This document shows positions 56,656 to 64,000 of a DNA stretch of 64,000 nucleotides, piece after piece. The notes under the pieces were generated by a model, which searched no databases, was not told the DNA's origin, and saw nothing but the letters and a program-made list of their open reading frames with translations. Numbering within the stretch: the first letter of the stretch is position 1; the number at the start of each line of letters is the position of its first letter. Origin of the DNA: Myxococcota bacterium (GTDB lineage Bacteria > Myxococcota_A > UBA796 > SXON01); assembly GCA_040386535.1 (NCBI GenBank), contig JAZKFH010000019.1, positions 1 through 64,000 on the forward strand, read 5' to 3'. The position numbers and the translations under genes are program-made.

Positions 56656-57242
56656 GCGGAGACGAACGCCAGGCCTTCGCCGCGGCGCTGCGGGCCGGCG
56701 CACCCGACGCGGTGGACCGCTTGTACCGCGACCATGCGCGCGCCGTGCTGGCGTGGTGCCTGCGGCTCGGCCCGCCGGGGATGGACGCGGAGGACGCGGC
56801 GCAGGAGGTGTTCATCACGGCGCTCCGGCGGCTCGGGGAGTACCGCGGCGACGCGTCGGTGAGCACCTGGTTGTTCCAGGTCACGCGGCGGGTGGTCGCC
56901 AACCAGCGGCGTCGCCACGCGTTGCGACGCTTCTTCGGGCTGGAGAGTGCGCCGGAGCCGTCGGTGTCGGCCGCGGCGGAGGCCGCGCTGGGGCGGGAGG
57001 GCGAGCGGCGGCTGGTCCGGCGGGCGCTCGCGCGGCTCTCGGCGGCGCATCGGGAGGTGATCGTGCTCGTGGATCTCGACGAGCGGCCCGCGCCCGAGGC
57101 CGCGGAGATGCTCGGGGTGCCGGTCGGCACGATCTACAGCCGGCTGCACGCGGCGCGGCGCGCGTTCGCGACGGCGGCGGTCGCGGAGGGTTGGGAGGTC
57201 GTCGAGCGGGACGGCGCGCCGGTGTTGGGGGTGGCGCGATGA
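56652..57242 (+). CDS. ECF RNA polymerase sigma factor
   Basis: DAEDAAQEVF, STWLFQVTRRV, region 4 (AAEMLGVPVGTIYSRLH.AR). Confidence 0.92.
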   Translation: MSGDERQAFAAALRAGAPDAVDRLYRDHARAVLAWCLRLGPPGMDAEDAAQEVFITALRRLGEYRGDASVSTWLFQVTRRVVANQRRRHALRRFFGLESAPEPSVSAAAEAALGREGERRLVRRALARLSAAHREVIVLVDLDERPAPEAAEMLGVPVGTIYSRLHAARRAFATAAVAEGWEVVERDGAPVLGVAR

Positions 57243-58087
57243 GTCGTGATCCGGATGACGCGCGGATGCGCGATGCACGGGCAGCGACGGAGCCCGACGA
57301 CGCGGCGGTGGCGCGGCTCGCGGAGGCGTCGGGCGGCCTGTCCGTGGTGGCGCGCGTGGCGACGACGCCGGACGACGCGGAGGTGCGCCGCGTGGTCGCG
57401 CGGGCCCGCCTCGCGCCGGCACGAACGTCGTGGCGGCTCGGCTGGCTCCTGGGCCTGGGGCTGGCGGGCGCCGCGTTCGCCGGAGCGGCGTGGTGGCCGG
57501 AGGCGCCGGTGTTGGTTGTCCCCGAGGAGATAGCGCCGGTCGAGGTCGTCCGCGCGGTGGAGCCGGTCGTGATTCCGCCCGCGCCGGCGCAGCCCCTCCC
57601 GATCGCGCGTCCGCCGCGGGCTCCGCCGGTCAAGGAGCCCGCGGTACCGGAGAAACCGCTCCCCGAGCTCGCGCCGCCGCCGATTCCGGAGGCGCCCGCC
57701 GCCGCCCCGAACGCGGAGGCCCGCGCGCTCGCTGCGTTGCTCGCCCGGGTCGAAGCCGGCGAGCCCCCGCGCCAGGTGCTCGCCGCGGTCGAGGCGTGGA
57801 CGTCCACCGCGTCGGCGGGCCCCCTGCGCGAGGAGGGCGAGCTGCTCACGTTTGCCCTCGCGGCGCGGGTCCGTGCGCCGGGGCCGCTCGCGAAGAAGGC
57901 CGCCGCCTGGGCCGCCGGCCACCCGGCACACCCGCGGGCGGGCGAGACCTGGCTGCTCGCGGGGGATCTCGCCGAGCGCGCGAACGCTTGTGTCGACGCG
58001 ACGGCCAACTGGGAGCGGGCGGCGGCGACGAGCCCTTCGTTACGACGGGCCGCGGACGAGCGGCTGACGGCGACACGCTGTCGGTAG
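57239..58087 (+). CDS. putative anti-sigma factor (single TM, Pro-rich linker, C-terminal TPR-like domain)
   Basis: Coupled downstream of the ECF sigma; TM WLLGLGLAGAAFAGAAWW; GPLREE, HP.HPR. Confidence 0.65.
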   Translation: MSRDPDDARMRDARAATEPDDAAVARLAEASGGLSVVARVATTPDDAEVRRVVARARLAPARTSWRLGWLLGLGLAGAAFAGAAWWPEAPVLVVPEEIAPVEVVRAVEPVVIPPAPAQPLPIARPPRAPPVKEPAVPEKPLPELAPPPIPEAPAAAPNAEARALAALLARVEAGEPPRQVLAAVEAWTSTASAGPLREEGELLTFALAARVRAPGPLAKKAAAWAAGHPAHPRAGETWLLAGDLAERANACVDATANWERAAATSPSLRRAADERLTATRCR

Positions 58088-58100
58088 CGCGCCTACGCGC

Positions 58101-59975
58101 CTATCGGCAGGGCCACATCCCCAGCGCGGCCACGTTGTCGTCCTCGTCGCACTCGCCCACGGTGCCCGCCGAGTCGACCGTGGCGAGGAGCACGCCGCCG
58201 CCCCACTCGACGCGGTTGAAGCGGAGCGGGCCGAGGAGCAAACTCGCGCCGGAGTCGAGGCTCGCGACGGTCTCGACGAGCACCGGCACGCCGTCCGAGC
58301 GCGTGAAGGTCACGTCGAAGTCGACACCGGCGACGAGGCCCCGGTTGGTGACGGGGAGGTAGAGCACCACGGTGCCGTCGTCCTCGTCCGACACACAGTC
58401 CGAGAGGCAGGTCTGCGGCGGGCCGAGCGTGAGGTCGGCCAACCAATGGGACGGGCCGAGGATGGTGCCACCGGCGCGGAAGTTGTTCCACGTCTCCCAA
58501 TTGTTCGGTTGGACGGCGGGGATGCCACCGTCGTCCTCGACGTTGGTGATGTGGTAGGCGTGTTGGTTCCAGATTGGGCGCGCGGGGGCCCAGGAGGCGT
58601 CCGCGTCGCCGATGACGGTGATGCCGTTCCAGCCGGTCCACCACATGTCGTTGGAGCCGACGATGATCTCGGTGGAGCCGTCCCCGTCGACGTCCGCGAT
58701 GACCGGGTACTCGAAGAGCGTGCCGGACGCGTGGTCGACCGCCTGCATGAGCACGGTGCCGGTGGCGCCGTCGTAGATCCAGAGGTCGTGCTCGTCGGCG
58801 TACACGACCTCGGCCTTGCCGTCACCCTCGAAGTCGAACACGGAGGAGCCGGTCACCGAACTCGACGCGTCCTGGGTCACGGCCGACCAGAGAACGCTGC
58901 CGTCGGTCTCGAGCACCGTGTACAACGAGCGGCCGGCCACGCCGACCTCGGGCTGCCCGTCACCATCGAAGTCCGCCACGGTGGGGGGCCCGCCGCCGCC
59001 GCCCGGCACACCCACCGACCAGAGCAGGGTGCCGTCCGTGTCGGAGAGGGTGACCACCGCGCCGCCGACGCGCACCACCTCGGGGAGGCCGTCCCCGTCG
59101 AAGTCGCCCACGGCGGGCCACCCGTCGCTGCCGCCGTCGTACCAGACGGTGGAGCCGTCCATCTCGTACACCGCGTTGCCCGCGACCACCTCGAGCACGC
59201 CGTCATCGTCCATGTCGACCGCGAACGAGGTGCGCGCGTTGCCGTTCGAGCCGCTTCCGTAGGCGCCGGTCCCCAGCAGCACGCCCGCGGAGCTGATGAT
59301 CTGGCGCCCCCACACCACCTCCGCGAGGCCGTCCCCATCGAGGTCGGCGAGGGAGGGGAACCCGTACGGGTCAACGTCGGAGCCGCCGTTCCACTTGAAG
59401 GTGCCGTCGGCTTCGAGGCACAACACGCCGCCGCTCGTGCTGGCCGTGCACACGTCGGGCGAGCCGTCGCCCTCGAGATCGCCGATGGCGACCCCGCCCG
59501 AGCCGTACACGCCGTAGCCACCCGCGCCCGTGATCGAGTAGTGCATCCCGGAGCCGTCGCCGGAGATGACGTTTAGCGTGCCCGCGGAGCTGTAGTTCCC
59601 GGCGACGTAGGCGGTGAACGCGATGTCGGGGATGTCGTCGGTGTCGATGTCCCCGTCGCCGTCGTCATCCGTGAGGTTGGCCACCACCGGCGTGGACATG
59701 ACCTGCTCGTAGCCGGACACGACGGGGTTCACGTCCCAGAGCCACTCCACGATCGGCGAGAAGGTGCCGACCAGCGGCTCGGCGATACACGCCTCGTCGG
59801 GGATGGGCGCGGTGACGCCGACGGCCTCGAACGTGTCGCAGTTCTCGGTGTCGAAACGCGCGGTGTCGACCGGCGGCGGCGTGTCCCCGGTGTCGGGCTC
59901 GGGGATGTCGCCCTTGTGGGCGAGCGTGCTCTCGATGGCGCAACCGGCGAGCAACAGGAAGCTGAAGCGGGACAT
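58101..59975 (-). CDS. FG-GAP/VCBS repeat lipoprotein with C-terminal CARDB-like domain
   Basis: Lipobox LAGC; repeated D.DGDG.PE(V/I); DFEGDGKAEVVYADE; ECDEDDN. Confidence 0.88.
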   Translation of the reverse strand: MSRFSFLLLAGCAIESTLAHKGDIPEPDTGDTPPPVDTARFDTENCDTFEAVGVTAPIPDEACIAEPLVGTFSPIVEWLWDVNPVVSGYEQVMSTPVVANLTDDDGDGDIDTDDIPDIAFTAYVAGNYSSAGTLNVISGDGSGMHYSITGAGGYGVYGSGGVAIGDLEGDGSPDVCTASTSGGVLCLEADGTFKWNGGSDVDPYGFPSLADLDGDGLAEVVWGRQIISSAGVLLGTGAYGSGSNGNARTSFAVDMDDDGVLEVVAGNAVYEMDGSTVWYDGGSDGWPAVGDFDGDGLPEVVRVGGAVVTLSDTDGTLLWSVGVPGGGGGPPTVADFDGDGQPEVGVAGRSLYTVLETDGSVLWSAVTQDASSSVTGSSVFDFEGDGKAEVVYADEHDLWIYDGATGTVLMQAVDHASGTLFEYPVIADVDGDGSTEIIVGSNDMWWTGWNGITVIGDADASWAPARPIWNQHAYHITNVEDDGGIPAVQPNNWETWNNFRAGGTILGPSHWLADLTLGPPQTCLSDCVSDEDDGTVVLYLPVTNRGLVAGVDFDVTFTRSDGVPVLVETVASLDSGASLLLGPLRFNRVEWGGGVLLATVDSAGTVGECDEDDNVAALGMWPCR

Positions 59976-60079
59976 GGGGCGAGTGTAGTCCCAAGTGTCG
60001 ACCCCCGGGGCACGGGCCGTGCGCGCTCCGGCTTGCCCCCGGACGATCCGCGGGTGAAGCCGGCCATTGGAGGGTGGAC

Positions 60080-60835
60080 ATGGAGCGAGGGCCCCCGAGA
60101 CCCACGGTCGACCGGGACTGCATCGTCGTGGGGCGGCAGGACTACGGCGAGTCGGACCGGATCGTCCGGGTGCTCACGCCCGACGAGGGGCGCGTCTCCT
60201 TGCTCGCGCGGGGCGCGCGTTCGGATCGCAGCAAGTGGGCGGGGCTCGACCTCGCCACGCGGGCGCACATCCGGTCGCGGCGCGGGCGGACCGATCTGGA
60301 GACCCTGGTGGAGGTCGAGGTGGCCGATCCGCGCGTGGGGATCCGCAGCTCGTTGGAGCGCCTCGCGCTCGCCGCCTACGCCTGCGAGCTCTGCGGCGCC
60401 CTCGCCCGTGAGGGGTACCCGGAGCCGCGCCTGTACGGGCTCCTCGAGATGATGTTGCTCGTGCTCGACGCGGCGTCGACCGATCCCGGCGACGCATTGC
60501 GGGCGGGCCTGGAGGCCAAGGCGCTCACGTTCGCGGGTGTGGCGCCGGTGCTCGACCGGTGCGTCGCGTGTGGCGGTGCGCCCGAGGCGGAGATGCGCTT
60601 CGCGCCCGGTGTCGGCGGGCTGGTGCACCTGCGGTGTGCGCCCACGGAGGGCACCTTCCGGCACGTCACCGCGGCGCACGCCGCCGCGCTGGAGTCCGCG
60701 CGGCGCGCGCCTCTCCGGGATCTGCTCGACGTCGTGCTGCCCCCGGGCCCGCCCGACGTGCTCCACGAAGCGGTCGCCGCCCACCTCGGGCGTGCGCTCG
60801 CCTCGCGCGCGGTGCTGGACGCGCTGCTACAGTGA
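60080..60835 (+). CDS. recO: DNA repair protein RecO
   Basis: DYGESDRIV...T...GRVS..ARGAR, Zn site CVACG...GGLVH..C. Confidence 0.9.
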   Translation: MERGPPRPTVDRDCIVVGRQDYGESDRIVRVLTPDEGRVSLLARGARSDRSKWAGLDLATRAHIRSRRGRTDLETLVEVEVADPRVGIRSSLERLALAAYACELCGALAREGYPEPRLYGLLEMMLLVLDAASTDPGDALRAGLEAKALTFAGVAPVLDRCVACGGAPEAEMRFAPGVGGLVHLRCAPTEGTFRHVTAAHAAALESARRAPLRDLLDVVLPPGPPDVLHEAVAAHLGRALASRAVLDALLQ

Positions 60836-60851
60836 AGGAGATGGTGCCGTC

Positions 60852-61535
60852 ATGATCGCCCTGCTCCCGCTCCTGCTCGCCTGCGGCACCGAACGTGGCC
60901 TGCGCGACGCGCCCACCGAGGTGACCTACGGCGGCTGGGTCTACGACAGCCTGCTGTACGAGGGCGTGTTCGCCGAGGGTACCCTCACGTTCACCGTGGG
61001 GGGCGACATCCTGGCGGAGCCGTCGGTCGCCGCCGAGCAGCCGTACGAGGGGTACGAGGGCTACTGGCTCGCGACGCTCCCGCCCAAGGCGCCGTTCGAG
61101 CTCCGGGTCGAAGGGGAGGGGGCGTACCCCACGGTCTGGGCGGGGGACACGCCGGGCGCCAACGGGACCTGGTTCCCCGGCGCCCTGTTCGCCGGAGGCA
61201 CGGTCGAGATCGACGCGCTGCTCGCGGGGCTCGTTCTTCCCGAGGGCGTCGCCCCGGGGGCCCTCGCGGAGGGCGCGATCCACCTGTGGGGGCGCCCCTC
61301 CGACGGCACCGATTGGGACTGCGCGGCCGTGAAGGTGAACGGCGTGGTGCCGCTCTGTTACGTGCTCGAAGAGGACGGCTCCCTCAGGCCGGTGGGCGAG
61401 GGGCCGTTCGACATGTTCTTCGCGTTCGATCTGCCGCCCGGCCAGGTCGTGTTGGAGGACGGCTTCGGCGGCGGAGAGGCCTGGACCGCCGTGGAAGGGG
61501 ACCTCGTGATGGCCTGGTGGGTGGTGCACGGATGA
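60852..61535 (+). CDS. hypothetical lipoprotein
   Basis: MIALLPLLLAC lipobox; resembles the next gene (CY....G, F.LPPG). Confidence 0.72.
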   Translation: MIALLPLLLACGTERGLRDAPTEVTYGGWVYDSLLYEGVFAEGTLTFTVGGDILAEPSVAAEQPYEGYEGYWLATLPPKAPFELRVEGEGAYPTVWAGDTPGANGTWFPGALFAGGTVEIDALLAGLVLPEGVAPGALAEGAIHLWGRPSDGTDWDCAAVKVNGVVPLCYVLEEDGSLRPVGEGPFDMFFAFDLPPGQVVLEDGFGGGEAWTAVEGDLVMAWWVVHG

Positions 61536-62233
61536 TGTTCCTTCTCCTGTTCGGCTGCAATCCGCTGCCCAAGACCGTCACGATGACCGGCACCGTCGGG
61601 GACACGCCGTACGGCGGCGGGGGCGTCGTGGCCGGCGCGACGGTCGCGATCGAAGACGACGCGGGGGCCGTGGTCGACTCCCAGACCGCCGACGACGCGG
61701 GCGCCTTCACCGTGAGCGTGCCCGCGGGGGTGCCGTTCTTCGTGACCGTGTCCGCCGAGGGGCACGTGCCCACCGCGTTCTCGGGCACCGCCGGCGTCTA
61801 CGACTTCGCCGCGCCCGAGGGCTACCCCTGGGTGGCGTCCGACGCGTGGCTGGCCGAGCTGCGCACGGAGTTCGCCGCCTGCCCGAACGTAGGCGCGGCG
61901 GGAGCCGTGGTCGCGGGAGAGGTGCGGGGGAGCCTGCCCGGCACGCCTTACACCGACCTTCCATTCGTCCCGACCGGCAGCGCGCGCGCGTTCGACGTCG
62001 ACGGGACCGAGTACGCGGCCTGCTACCTCGACGACGAGGGGGCGTCGGTGGCCGACGGGACCCAGGTCGGCGACACCGGACGATTCGCGATCTTCGGGGT
62101 TCCGCCCGGGCCGATCGTGGTCGACGTTCGCTACGTCGATCCGAACGAAGACGAGCCGGTCCAGCTCTTCCGGTTCGTAGCGCCGGAAGCTGGTTTCGTC
62201 CCCATCTTCCCGGCGCTTGTGGAAGCGCTGTAG
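61532..62233 (+). CDS. carboxypeptidase regulatory-like domain lipoprotein
   Basis: MMFLLLFGC; VAGATV...TADDAGAF.V...VTVSAEGH; CYLDD.G; FGVPPG. Confidence 0.72.
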   Translation: MMFLLLFGCNPLPKTVTMTGTVGDTPYGGGGVVAGATVAIEDDAGAVVDSQTADDAGAFTVSVPAGVPFFVTVSAEGHVPTAFSGTAGVYDFAAPEGYPWVASDAWLAELRTEFAACPNVGAAGAVVAGEVRGSLPGTPYTDLPFVPTGSARAFDVDGTEYAACYLDDEGASVADGTQVGDTGRFAIFGVPPGPIVVDVRYVDPNEDEPVQLFRFVAPEAGFVPIFPALVEAL

Positions 62234-62410
62234 GGACGTCGCGGGGTCGGTCGAGCTCGATCGCCACGAGAAAGTCGTGTCTTGTGTTGATCTGTCGCGT
62301 GTTTTGAACTACGGTCGGCGCCGACGCGCAAACCGGTCGATCGACCAGGTCGCGCTCGCGAACCGCACCCCCCTTTTGCGCTCCTACAGCGCTGCCACCG
62401 GAGGACCCTC

Positions 62411-62719
62411 ATGGGCCAGATGATCACCAAGCCCGATGCCAACCCCATCGTCCTCGCCGCGGCGAATTTCTTCGTCCTCGGATTCGCGGGCTACTTCCTC
62501 GCCGGGCAGAAGAAGAAGGCGATGATCGCCGGCGCGGTGCTCGTCGGCTTGTGGTTCCTCTCGGGCTGCACGTTCTTCCTGCTCTCCCCCCTCGTCGTGA
62601 TCGCGAACCTCGTGTTCGCCTACGACGCGTACCTGATCGGCCAGAAGCTCCAGAGCGGCCAGTCGGTCGGCGAGAACGAGAACGGCCTCGAGTTCTTGAA
62701 CGCGATCTTCAAGGACTAG
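62411..62719 (+). CDS. small membrane protein (TM2-like)
   Basis: GGAGG SD; NPIVLA...GF.GYFLAGQKKKA; YDAY. Confidence 0.75.
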   Translation: MGQMITKPDANPIVLAAANFFVLGFAGYFLAGQKKKAMIAGAVLVGLWFLSGCTFFLLSPLVVIANLVFAYDAYLIGQKLQSGQSVGENENGLEFLNAIFKD

Positions 62720-62728
62720 GTTCGACCA

Positions 62729-63760
62729 TTGCCGGCCTTCGCCGCAGCCATCGCCGAGAGTAACGATCTCTACGCCTGGCTGATCCGCGGGTTCGTCGAG
62801 TCCGGCTTGCCGGACCACACGCGCGGAGGCCGGGAATGGACCGCCACCGGCGCCCTGAACCTGGAGAATTTCATCCAGGAGCAGGGCGCGGGGGGCATCG
62901 GCCTCGAGTTCCGCGGGCAGGCAGTCGCCGACCCGTCACCCGAGGACGAGTACACCTACCAGGTGTCCGTGGTGCGCGGCCCCGAGGGCACCCAGATCGT
63001 GGTGCGCTGCGCGGAGACCCTGTTCCACCACGCGTTCGAGGTCAGCGAGCCCATCGAGGCGCTGGCCGGCCACATCCTGGGCCAGCTCCGCGCCCACAAC
63101 GACGCGTTCACGGCCTGGCGCGCCAAGGGTGGAGAGACCACCTACGCCCAGCGCGTCGGCATCCCCAACGTGAAGGGGACCACGTGCGATCGCGCCCTCG
63201 TCACCGTGCTGGAGACGCTCCGCCGCGCCAACCGGAGCGTGGCCGAGGGGCCGGCGAACAAGTGGTGGATCAAGGCGGGGGGCAAGGGCTCGGTCACGAA
63301 GATCGAGGCGGGCCTGGGTTTGGAGCCCGAGTACCGCACGAAGAAGGCGATGGTGCGGGTGTCCCCGGAGGATCTCGCGCACGCCAAGCGCCTTCGCGGC
63401 GCGGGCATGTTGCTCATCCTCTCCGGCCTGGCGTCGATGGGCTTCCTGGTGCTCGCCACCGCGTTCGCGGGGTATAATGTCTACACCCTCGGCACGCGCG
63501 GCATCACGTCGCAGCCGTGGCTGATGGCCAGCATGGTCGGCACCCTGGTGTTCGGGGGTGTGCAGATCTTCGGCGGGCTCCGGCTGCGGGCGCTCCGGAA
63601 CATGGGGCTGGTCCGGGTGCTCGCCATCCTCGGGATGCTGCCGTGCCTGGCACCGTGTTGCGGAGTTGGCATCCCGGTCGGCGCGTGGGTCCTCTATCTC
63701 CTCCACGATGACCGTAGCAGCAAGGTTTTCAGCGATCAGGGCTCCGTGCTGTCAGGTTGA
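62729..63760 (+). CDS. hypothetical protein with C-terminal TM region
   Basis: Long ORF with GC3-rich codons; C-terminal hydrophobic region with PC..PCC..GIPVG.W; start uncertain. Confidence 0.6.
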   Translation: MPAFAAAIAESNDLYAWLIRGFVESGLPDHTRGGREWTATGALNLENFIQEQGAGGIGLEFRGQAVADPSPEDEYTYQVSVVRGPEGTQIVVRCAETLFHHAFEVSEPIEALAGHILGQLRAHNDAFTAWRAKGGETTYAQRVGIPNVKGTTCDRALVTVLETLRRANRSVAEGPANKWWIKAGGKGSVTKIEAGLGLEPEYRTKKAMVRVSPEDLAHAKRLRGAGMLLILSGLASMGFLVLATAFAGYNVYTLGTRGITSQPWLMASMVGTLVFGGVQIFGGLRLRALRNMGLVRVLAILGMLPCLAPCCGVGIPVGAWVLYLLHDDRSSKVFSDQGSVLSG

Positions 63761-63785
63761 CAGAGGGGGTCTTTGCCGGTAGATG
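63757..63785 (+). promoter_or_regulatory. putative sigma70 promoter of glyQ
   Basis: TTGACA, 17-nt spacer, TAGATG. Confidence 0.4.
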
Positions 63786-63808
63786 GTCGCCCCGTCGAGG
63801 TTCCGCCC

Positions 63809-64000
63809 GTGACCTTCCAGGACCTGATCCTGACGTTGCAGCAGTACTGGGGCCGCCAGGGCTGCGCAATTCTCCAGCCGTACGACAGCCCCATGGGCGC
63901 CGGCACGTTCCATCCCGCCACCTTCCTGCGGGCCGTCGGTCCTCGGCCCTGGCGCGGCGCCTATGTGCAGCCCTCGCGGCGCCCGGCGGACGCGCGGTAT
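63809..64000 (+). CDS. glyQ: glycine--tRNA ligase alpha subunit (partial, runs off window)
   Basis: [55 protein letters not shown]. Confidence 0.95.
   Translation, partial: MTFQDLILTLQQYWGRQGCAILQPYDSPMGAGTFHPATFLRAVGPRPWRGAYVQPSRRPADARY

Noticed and set aside
54604..60000. Shared CGACACT upstream of the ECF operon and the FG-GAP gene as an ECF -10 element
   Set aside because: Only a 7-bp match with no consistent -35; not distinguishable from chance
62360..62386. GAACC-N16-TCCTA ECF-like promoter before the small membrane gene
   Set aside because: Plausible but a single short match; cannot be supported without comparative data
32..63921. Many long overlapping or antisense ORFs in the six-frame track (e.g. 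25906..29895, 26160..29933, 52268..55249, 13376..16237)
   Set aside because: Arg/Pro/Gly-rich shadow frames expected at this GC content; they overlap genes with clear family motifs

Overview
A very GC-rich, gene-dense window of core bacterial chromosome. Myxococcota/deltaproteobacterial affinity is inferred from Tgl/PilF-like, GltC-like and myxobacterial-type barrel proteins and from gene order. It opens with the 3' end of a 5S rRNA and its terminator. Then come rlmN-mtnP-pilF(tgl)-rodZ-mgtE; an SDR/hydrolase/B12-radical SAM/FemAB-GNAT run; pyrR-pyrB-pyrC'-greA-recG-like; a CotH kinase; GT2 plus radical SAM/SPASM; a VWA protein, an ABC-type SBP, a TonB receptor and a CPA2 antiporter; rng and recD2; many lipoproteins; a CDF transporter and a murF-alr fusion; an acyltransferase/desaturase/B12-radical SAM trio; an OM-barrel/ECF sigma/anti-sigma operon; an FG-GAP lipoprotein; recO; and the start of glyQ. 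No CRISPR array, tRNA, prophage or transposase was recognised. Main observations: (1) a RecG-like protein whose ATPase motifs are systematically degenerate, next to greA; (2) an AT-rich, palindromic 9-bp-unit GATGTATCA repeat family in three dispersed copies, two translated in frame; (3) a 159-bp MITE-like element with 19-bp TIRs and a TGA duplication; (4) TAnnnT boxes 5-8 nt upstream of many start codons, suggesting leaderless mRNAs; (5) ultra-short, uncharged signal peptides; (6) several other apparent pseudoenzymes. All calls rest on motif recognition by eye; no database searches were run.
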